Positions 30,293-39,915 of a DNA stretch of 64,000 nt are shown here, piece after piece (within the stretch, counting starts at the first letter, position 1; every line of letters begins with the position of its first letter). A program made the position numbers and the translations under genes. The notes beneath the pieces are model-generated. The model made no database searches, had not been told where the DNA came from, and saw nothing but the letters and a program-made list of their open reading frames with translations. Source of the stretch: a virus; IMG/VR virus record IMGVR_UViG_3300025695_001209, positions 8,762 to 72,761 of that record; one strand, written 5' to 3'.

Positions 30293-32107
30293 TTAATAAG
30301 TACTCCCTTGTCTAGCGATTTCTTGTTGTATCATATTAGTTAAGTTCCTTAACGCAGTAGGGTCAGTTTGTAAAGATTGAATAGACATACCATTACCTTG
30401 TAATTGTATCGTCCCTGTGTGATTCACATTTAAGTCTTCATGTTGTTGTATTGCTGTCTCAACTTTCATTGGGGTAGTAGTCGTGATTTCAGATATATTA
30501 ACAGGTTGTAGACTCAATGGTGAAACACTACTACTTTGTACTGATTGTGGTTGAAATGACGATGATTGTGGTTGAAATGAAGCTGATTGTGGTTGGGATG
30601 AAGCTGATTGTGTACTTCCCGATTGTCTATTAAATAAACCACCACCTATATTGTTAGTATTGAAAGATGGAAGACCAAGTAAACTACCTGAAGTCAAATT
30701 TGCAAATTTATTAAACGCATCTGCCATTAATTTACCTAAATCCGTAACTCCACCTTGTGCGTACGTATCAAATGCCGTTGCAAATGCTTCTCCTGCAGAA
30801 ACAAACACCCTATTACTTTCGTCAAACACTTTTTGAACATTTTCAGGAGTAACTACTTTAGCAAGTGATTTACTCATCATTTCAGCGGTTGTTTTTAATC
30901 TTCCAGTAACTTCATCAAATTGACTTGACGACGCGATTGATGCAGTTACTGCCCTTGCAGGTTGGGAAAGTGTTTTTTCAATATCTTCTAAAACCGTCAG
31001 TTGCTCTTTGGCAATATCTTTTGCACTCAACTGGTTTTTTTGAAAATTGTCTTTTAACGACGCAATCTCATTAGTGGTTAAATCAGTAGCCGACTTTAAT
31101 TCATCTTGACCAGGTATTTTGAATTTTAATTCCCCACCCTCAAATTGACCAACATTAGATAAGAACTCTTTAGTATCATCATCATAGTTACTACTAAAAT
31201 CTAATTGAGATAAGGCTTCTTGTTTTTGTGCAGATTTAATAGCGGTAGTAGATAATTCTTCATAAGACATATTAAGAGCCTTTGCCTGTGCCCTTAATCT
31301 CCTCATTTCAGTCGCGGAAAGACTAAAACTACCCGTGGTTTCATTAAACGAAACTGTGGACGCAGCTGCTTTAACAATCGATTCTTGAAGACCATCGATA
31401 TCATTTTGAGCCATATTCATCAATTGGAAGGGGTCCGCCAATGCACCAACAGCACCTCCTAACATTTGAAATTCCGAAGCTAAATTAATTGCCTCACTAG
31501 GGTCCAATAAATTACCCGCCAATGCTGTGACATCAGCCATATTTATTCTCAGAGCTTGTGAACGAGCAACCATATTAGTAAATCCTTCCACACCATTTTT
31601 AAAGTTGTAGGAATTCATTAGTTTAATGTTTGCACCCACAGTCTTTAAGAACTGTCCCGTATTTAACCCTAACTGAGATGCTCGTTTACGAGATAATTCT
31701 ATTTGTTCAGCAGCTTGTGTTGGCCCAACACCTATTGAATCAAATCCCTCGACTAAGGAACCCATTTCTTCGGCAGTTAAATTAGCCGCCCTTTGTATAG
31801 CAACAAGACTCTCTAATTGTTGGTTAGTTAAATATACGTTTTTTTGTAGTGAAGTGGCAATTGAACTATACACAGAACCAACCTCACTTGCTGAGACCCC
31901 TAAGTCTGCCATATTAGCAGCCGCTTGTCCAATTTCTATTCTGATTTCAGCGGCAGACCTAGCTCCCTGACCAAACACATCTGAGGAAACTGACTTAGCT
32001 ACTTTATCGAACTCTAAAATTGCAGATTGTAGTTGTGTATACGCTTGAGTTGCGTTTTGAAACGCCCCACTTAAATCCGTAGCACCACCTGTGTCTTGTA
32101 AAAACAT
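30293..32107 (-). CDS. Tape-measure-like tail protein
   Basis: Ala/Gln/Ser-rich helical protein directly after the tube and chaperone genes. Confidence 0.65.
   Translation of the reverse strand: MFLQDTGGATDLSGAFQNATQAYTQLQSAILEFDKVAKSVSSDVFGQGARSAAEIRIEIGQAAANMADLGVSASEVGSVYSSIATSLQKNVYLTNQQLESLVAIQRAANLTAEEMGSLVEGFDSIGVGPTQAAEQIELSRKRASQLGLNTGQFLKTVGANIKLMNSYNFKNGVEGFTNMVARSQALRINMADVTALAGNLLDPSEAINLASEFQMLGGAVGALADPFQLMNMAQNDIDGLQESIVKAAASTVSFNETTGSFSLSATEMRRLRAQAKALNMSYEELSTTAIKSAQKQEALSQLDFSSNYDDDTKEFLSNVGQFEGGELKFKIPGQDELKSATDLTTNEIASLKDNFQKNQLSAKDIAKEQLTVLEDIEKTLSQPARAVTASIASSSQFDEVTGRLKTTAEMMSKSLAKVVTPENVQKVFDESNRVFVSAGEAFATAFDTYAQGGVTDLGKLMADAFNKFANLTSGSLLGLPSFNTNNIGGGLFNRQSGSTQSASSQPQSASFQPQSSSFQPQSVQSSSVSPLSLQPVNISEITTTTPMKVETAIQQHEDLNVNHTGTIQLQGNGMSIQSLQTDPTALRNLTNMIQQEIARQGSTY
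30541..30611 (-). repeat. 21-bp tandem repeat (3-4 copies) encoding QS(A/S)S(F/S)QP
   Basis: TGATTGTGGTTG(A/G)(A/G)ATGA recurs at 21-nt spacing. Confidence 0.85.
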
Positions 32108-32135
32108 TTAAATTACTTTTATTATAAATACCTTA

Positions 32136-32285
32136 TCAAGACTTTTGTCTACGCTTTTCGTTTAAGTTTTCCATATCTGTAACAAATTTATTTATGAAAT
32201 ATTTTCTTTCAAAGGTAGGCATTTTGAGCACATCTGAGTATGAGAAACCTAATTCCTTAACGGAATAGTAAATCTCATCGAGCAT
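32136..32285 (-). CDS. Small tail assembly chaperone (T4 gp51 / 'T'-part-like), 49 aa
   Basis: Not in the ORF track. MLDEIYYSVKELGFSYSDVLKMPTFERKYFINKFVTDMENLNEKRRQKS. The frame is open upstream into the end of the chaperone gene. Confidence 0.8.
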   Translation of the reverse strand: MLDEIYYSVKELGFSYSDVLKMPTFERKYFINKFVTDMENLNEKRRQKS

Positions 32286-32298
32286 AGCTTGCCTATAA

Positions 32299-33048
32299 TC
32301 AGAAGAAAGGACGAAAAAACTCCCCCCCGAAGGTTATACGTGTAGTAACCTTTTCTCCTGACGGGGCAGTGAAAACACGAGTCAAGTCTAATCTTGGTTC
32401 CGCACCTTCCATTGTTTTTTTAATATGTTTAGAGTCCGCTATTGGTAAATTAACAATATTAGATGATATTTCAGCCATATCTTTTGAACCATCAAATTCA
32501 ACAATCACTCTCTCAAGACGTTTGGTGACGACAGGCGCAACCACACCCTCAGGATATGAGTCCATCATTTTTTGAAGATTTTGTATGTCTTTTTGATTTA
32601 ACAATCTACATTTAACCATCTTTTTACTAACGGGTAACATAATTTCAAAAAGACCTTCTGAATTAGGCTCAATAGTCACAGGATTAACAGAGATTGAATC
32701 TAAAGTAATAGTAGTTTCAAAATCTTTTAGTGTCTTTGGGTCCTTCATGTTAAAGGTATAATTACTACCAAATGAAGTGTTTCTTAAAAATATAAGGATT
32801 GCCTCTACATCACACTCCAATAACTCCATTGGGTCAAAATTAGGTTCATATATTTTATTCCGCAAAAGAGTCATAATAACATTATCAGTTTGTCTTTGAC
32901 CTAACAGTGTGTTTTCATCTTGTGCAGTTAAATAACCAACTTTAATGGATGATTTACCATTCGAATAGAATTTACCTTTTGAAGGTAGTTCAACTACGTC
33001 ATGTGGTAAATTAAAATCTTGTTGTCCGTATTGTGCTGATGTATCCAT
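32299..33048 (-). CDS. Tail/baseplate hub assembly chaperone (T4 gp26-like)
   Basis: VELPSKGKFY...LTAQDE...DVEAILIFLRNTSFG, C-terminal EFFRPFF. Lies between tube and tape measure genes. Confidence 0.8.
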   Translation of the reverse strand: MDTSAQYGQQDFNLPHDVVELPSKGKFYSNGKSSIKVGYLTAQDENTLLGQRQTDNVIMTLLRNKIYEPNFDPMELLECDVEAILIFLRNTSFGSNYTFNMKDPKTLKDFETTITLDSISVNPVTIEPNSEGLFEIMLPVSKKMVKCRLLNQKDIQNLQKMMDSYPEGVVAPVVTKRLERVIVEFDGSKDMAEISSNIVNLPIADSKHIKKTMEGAEPRLDLTRVFTAPSGEKVTTRITFGGEFFRPFF

Positions 33049-33060
33049 ATTTTTTATATT

Positions 33061-33093
33061 AAAAAAACCATAGAAGATATACTCCTATGGTTT
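33061..33093 (-). terminator. Probable terminator after tail tube gene
   Basis: AAACCATAG...CTATGGTTT stem with a T-run on the minus strand. Confidence 0.6.
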
Positions 33094-33131
33094 AATTATA
33101 GTTGAACTGATTTTTTCGTAAATAGTATTTC

Positions 33132-33620
33132 TTAATAAACTAAAACACATCTATCTGGACGTAATGTCGCAGTTATAGTCGCAACACCATCATCAGAATA
33201 ACCAAGTGAATCAAAATTCACATCAGTTAAGAATGTCCCTTGTAATATCCACTTTTCAACCGCCACACCTGTTGGGTCTAACATCTCTAAGTTAATATTT
33301 TTCTTATATCCCGCAGCATATCCCATACGACCAGTTACTGATTCAGCATGTAGACGAACCCACTCCATCAACGCTTGAGACGCAGAAGGACCAATAGGGT
33401 CACGGAATGTTACGTTTAATGTACTCCAAGTAAATCTACCTGCAACATATGTCGAAGTATTCAAAAATGGTACTTCAACCGGATTAATCGATACTTGAGG
33501 ACGTGAAGTTGACTCTACGTACCAAGAGTTGATACCTAACGATGAATCGAAAGTCATTATGAACCTATTTTTTCTTTTTGGTTCGTAAGGTACCGGCATT
33601 TTCATTAATAAATCAGCCAT
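33132..33620 (-). CDS. Tail tube protein (T4 gp19-like)
   Basis: EPKRKNRF, AGRFTWSTLNVTFRD, LMEW, YKKNI, WILQGTF. Confidence 0.9.
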   Translation of the reverse strand: MADLLMKMPVPYEPKRKNRFIMTFDSSLGINSWYVESTSRPQVSINPVEVPFLNTSTYVAGRFTWSTLNVTFRDPIGPSASQALMEWVRLHAESVTGRMGYAAGYKKNINLEMLDPTGVAVEKWILQGTFLTDVNFDSLGYSDDGVATITATLRPDRCVLVY

Positions 33621-33790
33621 TGTATTTTAATTTTAATTATTTTTTAGTTTATTACTTATAAATAGTTGGGGTAGGTAAAATTTTTCTATTTACTTTTAAT
33701 CTTATTTTCAGATAATATAAAAACTAACTAGTAAAATATATTATATCTTTTTAATTGATTTTAAAATATAAAAATAAATACTAGTATATA

Positions 33791-34642
33791 TTATACTTCT
33801 TTTTTCTCTCCTCCTTTAGTTAAATAAGTTTTAACTGGTTTATCATCTTTATATTCTTTATCCAGAAAATCTTTTATTGAATCAATATTTCCGGGGTCAT
33901 CGTCTGAAAACCCAATCATAGGTACAAAGTTGTTTTTTATGTCATTTTTAAAGAAAGCTCTTTGATTTAACTTTGAGGACATTTCTTTAACGTATGAAAT
34001 GAAGTCTCTTAAAGCCTTAATCTTTCCTTCTTCAGGATTAGCTGCACTACCTTCTCCATATGTCACTGGATGAAACTTCAGTAAGTTTAGGTACATTTCA
34101 ATCATATCATCATCAGTCATATCATCTTCACCCGTAAAGTCACGGTATTTTTTAAGATTACTAATTAATGTATCTTTACTAATACCCTTATGGTTAGTCA
34201 TAATCATGTTATAGACCGCATCTCTTAAAACTGAAGGTGTATGTCCACGAGCAGTTATTATAGAGAATATTGACCCTCCGTTCACCGCTTCCACAAAATC
34301 ACTCCATGAAGGTCCTTCATCCGCAACCATTGCATCTACAATAAATTGTGAATCTCCCTTTACAGTAAAGTTTCTATATGGGTCTTCAGCATAACCTACA
34401 ATATTATCACCATTATACATGAATGGTTCCTTACCTAAAACCCCACGATACTCTGCGAAGTCTTCAGTTGACATACCCACCTCTTTACCATCGTCGGTTA
34501 AAACCATTATTTGAGTTGGCATGTTCAAAATGTTATCGTCCCAATCAAAAGCGTAATACTTTAAGTCGGGATTACCAACATCGTCAAAACCTTCTTTCAG
34601 CTCTTTTTCTTCGATGTACTCTCTTAAAATTTTACGAACCAT
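33791..34642 (-). CDS. HAD-superfamily phosphatase-like protein with LxE-rich leader
   Basis: FDWDDNI (motif I), ITARG (II), K (III), GFSDDD (IV). Confidence 0.7.
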   Translation of the reverse strand: MVRKILREYIEEKELKEGFDDVGNPDLKYYAFDWDDNILNMPTQIMVLTDDGKEVGMSTEDFAEYRGVLGKEPFMYNGDNIVGYAEDPYRNFTVKGDSQFIVDAMVADEGPSWSDFVEAVNGGSIFSIITARGHTPSVLRDAVYNMIMTNHKGISKDTLISNLKKYRDFTGEDDMTDDDMIEMYLNLLKFHPVTYGEGSAANPEEGKIKALRDFISYVKEMSSKLNQRAFFKNDIKNNFVPMIGFSDDDPGNIDSIKDFLDKEYKDDKPVKTYLTKGGEKKEV

Positions 34643-34785
34643 TACTTTTTAGTGTTAATTTTCTCGATTAATCTCTCTAATTGTGTTTCTGAAATTACAA
34701 TATTTTGTGGTTTTTCAGAAAAAGTCTTAACTCCATTACCCTTAATATTAAGGTGTTCCGATAATATAGATTTTTTAAATTTCAT
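34642..34785 (-). CDS. Small hypothetical protein, 47 aa
   Basis: Not in the ORF track. MKFKKSILSEHLNIKGNGVKTFSEKPQNIVISETQLERLIEKINTKK. TAATG stop/start coupling to the HAD gene. Confidence 0.7.
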   Translation of the reverse strand: MKFKKSILSEHLNIKGNGVKTFSEKPQNIVISETQLERLIEKINTKK

Positions 34786-34861
34786 TTTTTTTTGTTTAAA
34801 CGTTTAATTATGGCTAATGGGGACCACCATGTAGTCCCCATGTTAATATAAATATGTCGAA

Positions 34862-37800
34862 TTAGATATCTTCGAACGATGCTCCTGTTGGAGTTATCAA
34901 GAATTCAATATCAATGAATTCAAGTGCTCTCGTTGGTTTTAAATAAATCTTACCTGTTAACGTGTTATTATCCAAATCTTCAGGTGTGTTTTCAACAACA
35001 ACACGGAAGTCAATAAGACCTCTATCTCTTCTAATTGAGTCTAATATCGGATTAACAGCGTCTAAGAAATCTTGTCTTACTTGGTCATCATTTTGTTCAA
35101 ATAACAATCTAACAGCTACTGCCGAAATTAATTTACGTGCTTGTAGTAACAATCTTCTTACATTTATTCTATCAAGTGCTGACTCTCTAAGTTGTAGAGT
35201 TTTATTACCCCAAATTACAGTACCAACATCAGAGAAGGTTGCAATTGGGTTTAGTCTACCTTGATATAGTGTATCTCTATCTTCCTGCGTTAACTTCTTA
35301 CGTGCCTTAACAGCGTTAACCAAACCTCTTGTGTAACCAGCAGTTGCGAACCAAGGGAAAGCCACGTTATCTGTTAATGCTAAGTTTTTAACAACTTCAG
35401 ATGTTGGTGGAATGTAAACTTGTGTATTATTCACACCATCTCTTGTTAAAATCCATGGGTAATAAGTTGCAGTGTAGTTAGAATCAATATCTGACTCCTC
35501 TAAATTATCAACTGACTCATCAGGGTAGATAAAGTCCGTATCAAATGAAGATGTGTTAGGAACATACATGTTGTAATCAGGTGTAGTACAGATGTAGATT
35601 GAATCTGCTCTGTCTGTTTCAATCATATCAACCGCATCCTCAACTAAGTTTGAGTGATTAACATAATCAATACCTGGTGTTACAAATATGTTGATGTTTA
35701 CTGCTTCAGGGTTTTCAAATGTTTTCTGACCCATTAAGTAAGCGTAGTAATCACTATTCGCCCAATCAGTAGTGTCTTCTCCAACTGCAATTTGTTTGAA
35801 TTGTCCCCATCCTGTTGCGGTTGGGAATGATACTGAAGGTGCTGAACCAGCTAAATATCCTGTACCACCCAATCTAAATGTGTCTTGATTAGAACGGAAT
35901 TGTCTATAAATGTCCCATCCATCAAAACCACCTTTAGCCAATAAAGTAAATTTACGAGAATTTAATTTATAGTAAGGGTTACTTTGTAACGTAGGGTCAG
36001 TAGTGAAACTAGCTGAACCAACATCAAACGCTGAAGTTCCTGAAGAAACATACTGTCCTGAAATTGTAACAACTGTTGCTCCTGAATCCATATGGAAACC
36101 TTTAGTTAAGTAAGCCCAATCAGTACTTTCAGTTGCGGTTGAAAGGTTTGATGGGTTTTGTTTACCACCGTATTTAAAGAAGTCAGAATCAATACCAACG
36201 GTATTTGATATACCCAAGTATGTTTTTCTAACTTTATCACCTGAACTTCTTGTTGAATTGTCTAATCCTGTTGTTGTCCCAAATGGTGGGTTATAAATAA
36301 CTTCACCTGGTGTATTGTATTTTGTTTTATATTCTACGAATGGACTTCTTGCTCCTGAGTATTCTCTCATTACGTAACCTTCAAACCCACATGGTAGTGC
36401 GTCTACAGGTGCGTCTTCGTCCATATCTAACATTATGTATCTTGATTTAAGTTCAAACTCACCGTTAGATGTACCAATTTTCTTAGCCACATAACCATTT
36501 TCACCTGGACTCATAGTACAGTTAGTAAACTTCTCAATAATAACAGGATTAGCATCCGTATCAAAGTAGTCACGAACAATAACATCAAAAGTATTATTTG
36601 AGAATGACATATTCGCCAATGAAACTTTTACTAAGTTGTTTGCTGCATTACCATCGGATATTAAGACAAATCTAAATAACCTATCTACTTTTGTACCTCT
36701 TAATTCTGAAACTAAGAATGGAGTTGACGGTGTTTGATATTGTTCTAAATACCAACCGATTGATGTGTTGCCACCGTTGTCGTTTCTTGCTGATGGTAAA
36801 GAAACCAAGTCACAGTTAAGACCTCTTATTTTACCTAACCTATAACCTTGTGTTAATAGTGAGTAATAAGACTCCTCAACAAATAATGGGAATTCACTAC
36901 TTGTTTTACCGAAGTTAGTTGAACCAAATACTTTAGTTAAATAATTTGTATCAGATAAGTTAAATGATGTTTTGAATGAGAATGTCCCACCGTTATTTGT
37001 AATACCTGAAATCGCAAATGGAGAATACGGATTCTTTTGAACATCAGCGTAAGCCCCTGAACAATCCATAACTACTTGTGTTAAGCCACTAATATTATAA
37101 ACTGGTCCACCATCTGAATTACTATTATTACCTCTTGAACGTAGAGTTGCCACAACAACATCGTTATATTCGGTAAACGCCGAAGCCGAGTATGTTAATA
37201 CTGAACCACTAACCGTCCCTGAAAAACTTCCTGATACACCTGTACCTGTTAATGATGTAATTGCCGAGTTAAATGACATACCACTATAGTTATCATTTGA
37301 ACCTGGTTCAAATGCTCCATAGTACCATGGGTCCATTAAAGAATCATCATAATCTGCAATTGAATCATATAAACCATCAACACCTAAACTATTAGTTATT
37401 GCCGTGTATCCTTGACCCGTAAATGAGTTATATACCGCATCTGTCACAACACCCCACTGTGAACCTGTCGTCGCACTTAGTGAATTGTCTAATAATGCAT
37501 TATGTATAAATGTTTGCATCTGAGTCAACATTGTTGTTGAGTCTCCATTATATAATGTAATCGTGTCATTAATATAATCAGATATAGGTGACGGGAACGC
37601 TCCAAGACTAACTGATGTTGTCGAACCTGTTGAACCTGTGAAATCCACAGACCACGTTGTTACAGTTGGTGTTGATAAAGTTGATGGGTCTAAGTTTGCT
37701 TGTGTCGTAATTGACCAAGAAGGACCTGCGTCGTAACCTGATAAACCTAATACTCTCGTTACGAATAGTTGATTAGATTGTTGTAAATATGCTTTAGCGA

Positions 37801-38038
37801 TGTAAGCCGCTTCATATTTTGGGATTTGTGTGTTAACAAATTTGGTTGGGTTTGTCCCTCCGAAGTAAGATTGGAACTCGTCAAAGCCTGAGATAAAAAT
37901 TGGTTCAAATGCTGGACCTGTTAAAGTCTCACCAACTAAACCTAAAGTCGTTACCCCAACACTTTGTGCCACGAAACTCAAATCTCTTTCTGATGTGTAA
38001 ACACCTGGAGAAACGAATACTTTGTTTGATACTGCCAT
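34862..38038 (-). CDS. Tail sheath protein (T4 gp18-like)
   Basis: FVSPGVYTSERD, YYPW, PWFATAGYTRG, WGNKTL, DRINVRRL, EFIDIEF. Confidence 0.96.
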   Translation of the reverse strand: MAVSNKVFVSPGVYTSERDLSFVAQSVGVTTLGLVGETLTGPAFEPIFISGFDEFQSYFGGTNPTKFVNTQIPKYEAAYIAKAYLQQSNQLFVTRVLGLSGYDAGPSWSITTQANLDPSTLSTPTVTTWSVDFTGSTGSTTSVSLGAFPSPISDYINDTITLYNGDSTTMLTQMQTFIHNALLDNSLSATTGSQWGVVTDAVYNSFTGQGYTAITNSLGVDGLYDSIADYDDSLMDPWYYGAFEPGSNDNYSGMSFNSAITSLTGTGVSGSFSGTVSGSVLTYSASAFTEYNDVVVATLRSRGNNSNSDGGPVYNISGLTQVVMDCSGAYADVQKNPYSPFAISGITNNGGTFSFKTSFNLSDTNYLTKVFGSTNFGKTSSEFPLFVEESYYSLLTQGYRLGKIRGLNCDLVSLPSARNDNGGNTSIGWYLEQYQTPSTPFLVSELRGTKVDRLFRFVLISDGNAANNLVKVSLANMSFSNNTFDVIVRDYFDTDANPVIIEKFTNCTMSPGENGYVAKKIGTSNGEFELKSRYIMLDMDEDAPVDALPCGFEGYVMREYSGARSPFVEYKTKYNTPGEVIYNPPFGTTTGLDNSTRSSGDKVRKTYLGISNTVGIDSDFFKYGGKQNPSNLSTATESTDWAYLTKGFHMDSGATVVTISGQYVSSGTSAFDVGSASFTTDPTLQSNPYYKLNSRKFTLLAKGGFDGWDIYRQFRSNQDTFRLGGTGYLAGSAPSVSFPTATGWGQFKQIAVGEDTTDWANSDYYAYLMGQKTFENPEAVNINIFVTPGIDYVNHSNLVEDAVDMIETDRADSIYICTTPDYNMYVPNTSSFDTDFIYPDESVDNLEESDIDSNYTATYYPWILTRDGVNNTQVYIPPTSEVVKNLALTDNVAFPWFATAGYTRGLVNAVKARKKLTQEDRDTLYQGRLNPIATFSDVGTVIWGNKTLQLRESALDRINVRRLLLQARKLISAVAVRLLFEQNDDQVRQDFLDAVNPILDSIRRDRGLIDFRVVVENTPEDLDNNTLTGKIYLKPTRALEFIDIEFLITPTGASFEDI

Positions 38039-38106
38039 GTTTTTTAATTTCTTTTAGAATTTATTTTATAATAAATATTTAGAAAAAACGCAAAAAACAT
38101 TCACTG

Positions 38107-38157
38107 AGGTAGCATATTTATAAAATAGGCAGTATTTATTCTGCCTTTTTTCTACCT
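38107..38157. promoter_or_regulatory. Nested inverted-repeat operator upstream of RHH gene
   Basis: AGGTAG(38107)...AGGCAG(38127)...CTGCCT(38141)...CTACCT(38152), interleaved with two TATTTAT motifs. Confidence 0.55.
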
Positions 38158-38163
38158 TTATTT

Positions 38164-38313
38164 ATGAAAGAAATTAAAAATATTAAAATATCGACAGAAG
38201 TTCACTCAACATTAAAAACGTATTGTGAAGATAATGGTTTAAAAATGTATAAGTTTTTAGAGAAAATGATTATGGAAAAATGTTCGAAACCTAAAGATAT
38301 TTACGGTGAGTAA
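38164..38313 (+). CDS. Ribbon-helix-helix-like DNA-binding protein, 49 aa
   Basis: Not in the ORF track. MKEIKNIKISTEVHSTLKTYCEDNGLKMYKFLEKMIMEKC...: alternating beta strand, helix, G, helix. Confidence 0.7.
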   Translation: MKEIKNIKISTEVHSTLKTYCEDNGLKMYKFLEKMIMEKCSKPKDIYGE

Positions 38314-39351
38314 TTAAATCAGTTTTGCCGTTGTGAATATCTGAGATTCACCAATAGATTTTTTAACGACAACAAACTTAACCAAATCATTAGTATTTAC
38401 CTGAATTTTTGTTATGTTATCACCAACATAGTCATTATTAATGTACACTGAGAAACTATCCACATTGAAAGTTTCATTTAAATGTAGGTCGGCACTATAC
38501 CTAAATGTTTCACTTAATTCTGTATTACCACTAACAAAAAGTAAATCAACAGGGAACTCATTTGGGTTTTCAGGTTGAGGATTAACCTTCACTGACTTAT
38601 TAAGTTGAGGTATTTCAAACATTGTCAATGCTCTCGACACACCTGGACTTACCTCAAACTCATCTTCATCCATTAAAAACCCTAACATAGTAAACTCGTA
38701 GTTTTGTATGTAGTATTTTCTTTTATCAATGTCCATAACTGATTCATCTGAAATGTTATTTAAAACAATAGGAATGTAATGTCCTTTAATAATTGTGTAT
38801 GCTTGTCGAGAAGAAAATTTCTGTAAAACATTTTTGTTAAACTCATTTAACCCTCTCATTCGATTAACAAATATTTTAACATTATATGTTATATCGACAG
38901 GTATTGGCTGAGGTATCTTATAAACATCTACACCTTTTCTTTGTCCGTCCCATGTCGGAACCTTGGCATAATAAAATTGTTTTCTATTAGGTATTGTGTA
39001 TTGTAAAGATGGGTTAGTACCATAAGGGACTTCAGGTTGTCTAACAGTAGTAATAAATGGGGGTTTAACGTTTTTATCTAAATCTTGGAAATTCCAAGTT
39101 TCTGTAAATTGAGACCAATTCTGTGTTGTGATAATAATATCTACAGTAGGAACGGTGTTACCGTCCATAAAAGTTTTTAAATCTTCTTTTACGAAATCTA
39201 ACATTCCTCGGTCCAAATCAGCATGACCAATACCTTTAGGTAGGTATGTTCCGTCCTTTTGAATATCATCTAAAAGTTGAATCCTCCTATCTAACCCTGT
39301 TTTTTTAGGAATTAAATCAATCGTTTTTTTTATCTTTTTTGGTAATGCCAT
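38314..39351 (-). CDS. Tail completion / sheath stabiliser (gp15-like)
   Basis: PQPIPVDITYNVKIF motif. Lies between the neck and sheath genes. Confidence 0.55.
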   Translation of the reverse strand: MALPKKIKKTIDLIPKKTGLDRRIQLLDDIQKDGTYLPKGIGHADLDRGMLDFVKEDLKTFMDGNTVPTVDIIITTQNWSQFTETWNFQDLDKNVKPPFITTVRQPEVPYGTNPSLQYTIPNRKQFYYAKVPTWDGQRKGVDVYKIPQPIPVDITYNVKIFVNRMRGLNEFNKNVLQKFSSRQAYTIIKGHYIPIVLNNISDESVMDIDKRKYYIQNYEFTMLGFLMDEDEFEVSPGVSRALTMFEIPQLNKSVKVNPQPENPNEFPVDLLFVSGNTELSETFRYSADLHLNETFNVDSFSVYINNDYVGDNITKIQVNTNDLVKFVVVKKSIGESQIFTTAKLI

Positions 39352-39866
39352 TATATTCCGTTGAATTCATCATTTGACACCGGCGACGCCACAATACTCC
39401 TGTAATATGGTTTATAACCACCATATGTATGCCTGTTATCTGAGGTGATACGACCGTCATCAGCAACGGAGTAGTATCTAACTCTATCTTCTTTTTCATA
39501 ATAACCAATATAATCACCAAACTCGATATCGACACCCATCTCATCTAAGTATGATTGGTATATACCGATTTTTAAGTTTCCTGGTTCTACTTGTCCGATT
39601 TTTGAGTTACCCATAAACGCGTTTGTCGGTGCTTCAATCTGAACATAACCTTTAAGTTCTATAGGTGCTCGATACTGAACCCCTTCGGAAACTACCTCAC
39701 CATAAACATCGTCTTTCTTAGTTCGTTGTCTATCTACACGATATAACACAAACGTGAAATTCATATCACCATGTAACCATTCTTGGCCCATGGAGATATC
39801 TAAATCAAAATCTTCTTCAGCGAAGAATTTACTTAATCTCGTTATTGGTACTTTTCTTTGACTCAT
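39351..39866 (-). CDS. Neck / head-closure protein (gp14-like)
   Basis: Start reassigned to MSQRK (39866), just after two TATTTAT motifs. LYRVD...DDVYGE...GDYI pattern. Confidence 0.6.
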   Translation of the reverse strand: MSQRKVPITRLSKFFAEEDFDLDISMGQEWLHGDMNFTFVLYRVDRQRTKKDDVYGEVVSEGVQYRAPIELKGYVQIEAPTNAFMGNSKIGQVEPGNLKIGIYQSYLDEMGVDIEFGDYIGYYEKEDRVRYYSVADDGRITSDNRHTYGGYKPYYRSIVASPVSNDEFNGI

Positions 39867-39915
39867 CAATTGATAAATATCTATAAATAGATTATATTTA
39901 AATGTATTTACATGT

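Noticed and set aside
1139-37900. Numerous short plus-strand ORFs in the track (e.g. 1139-1474, 11737-12342, 18249-18599, 22446-22796)
   Set aside because: Antisense shadows of long, well-supported minus-strand genes, with no recognisable motifs.
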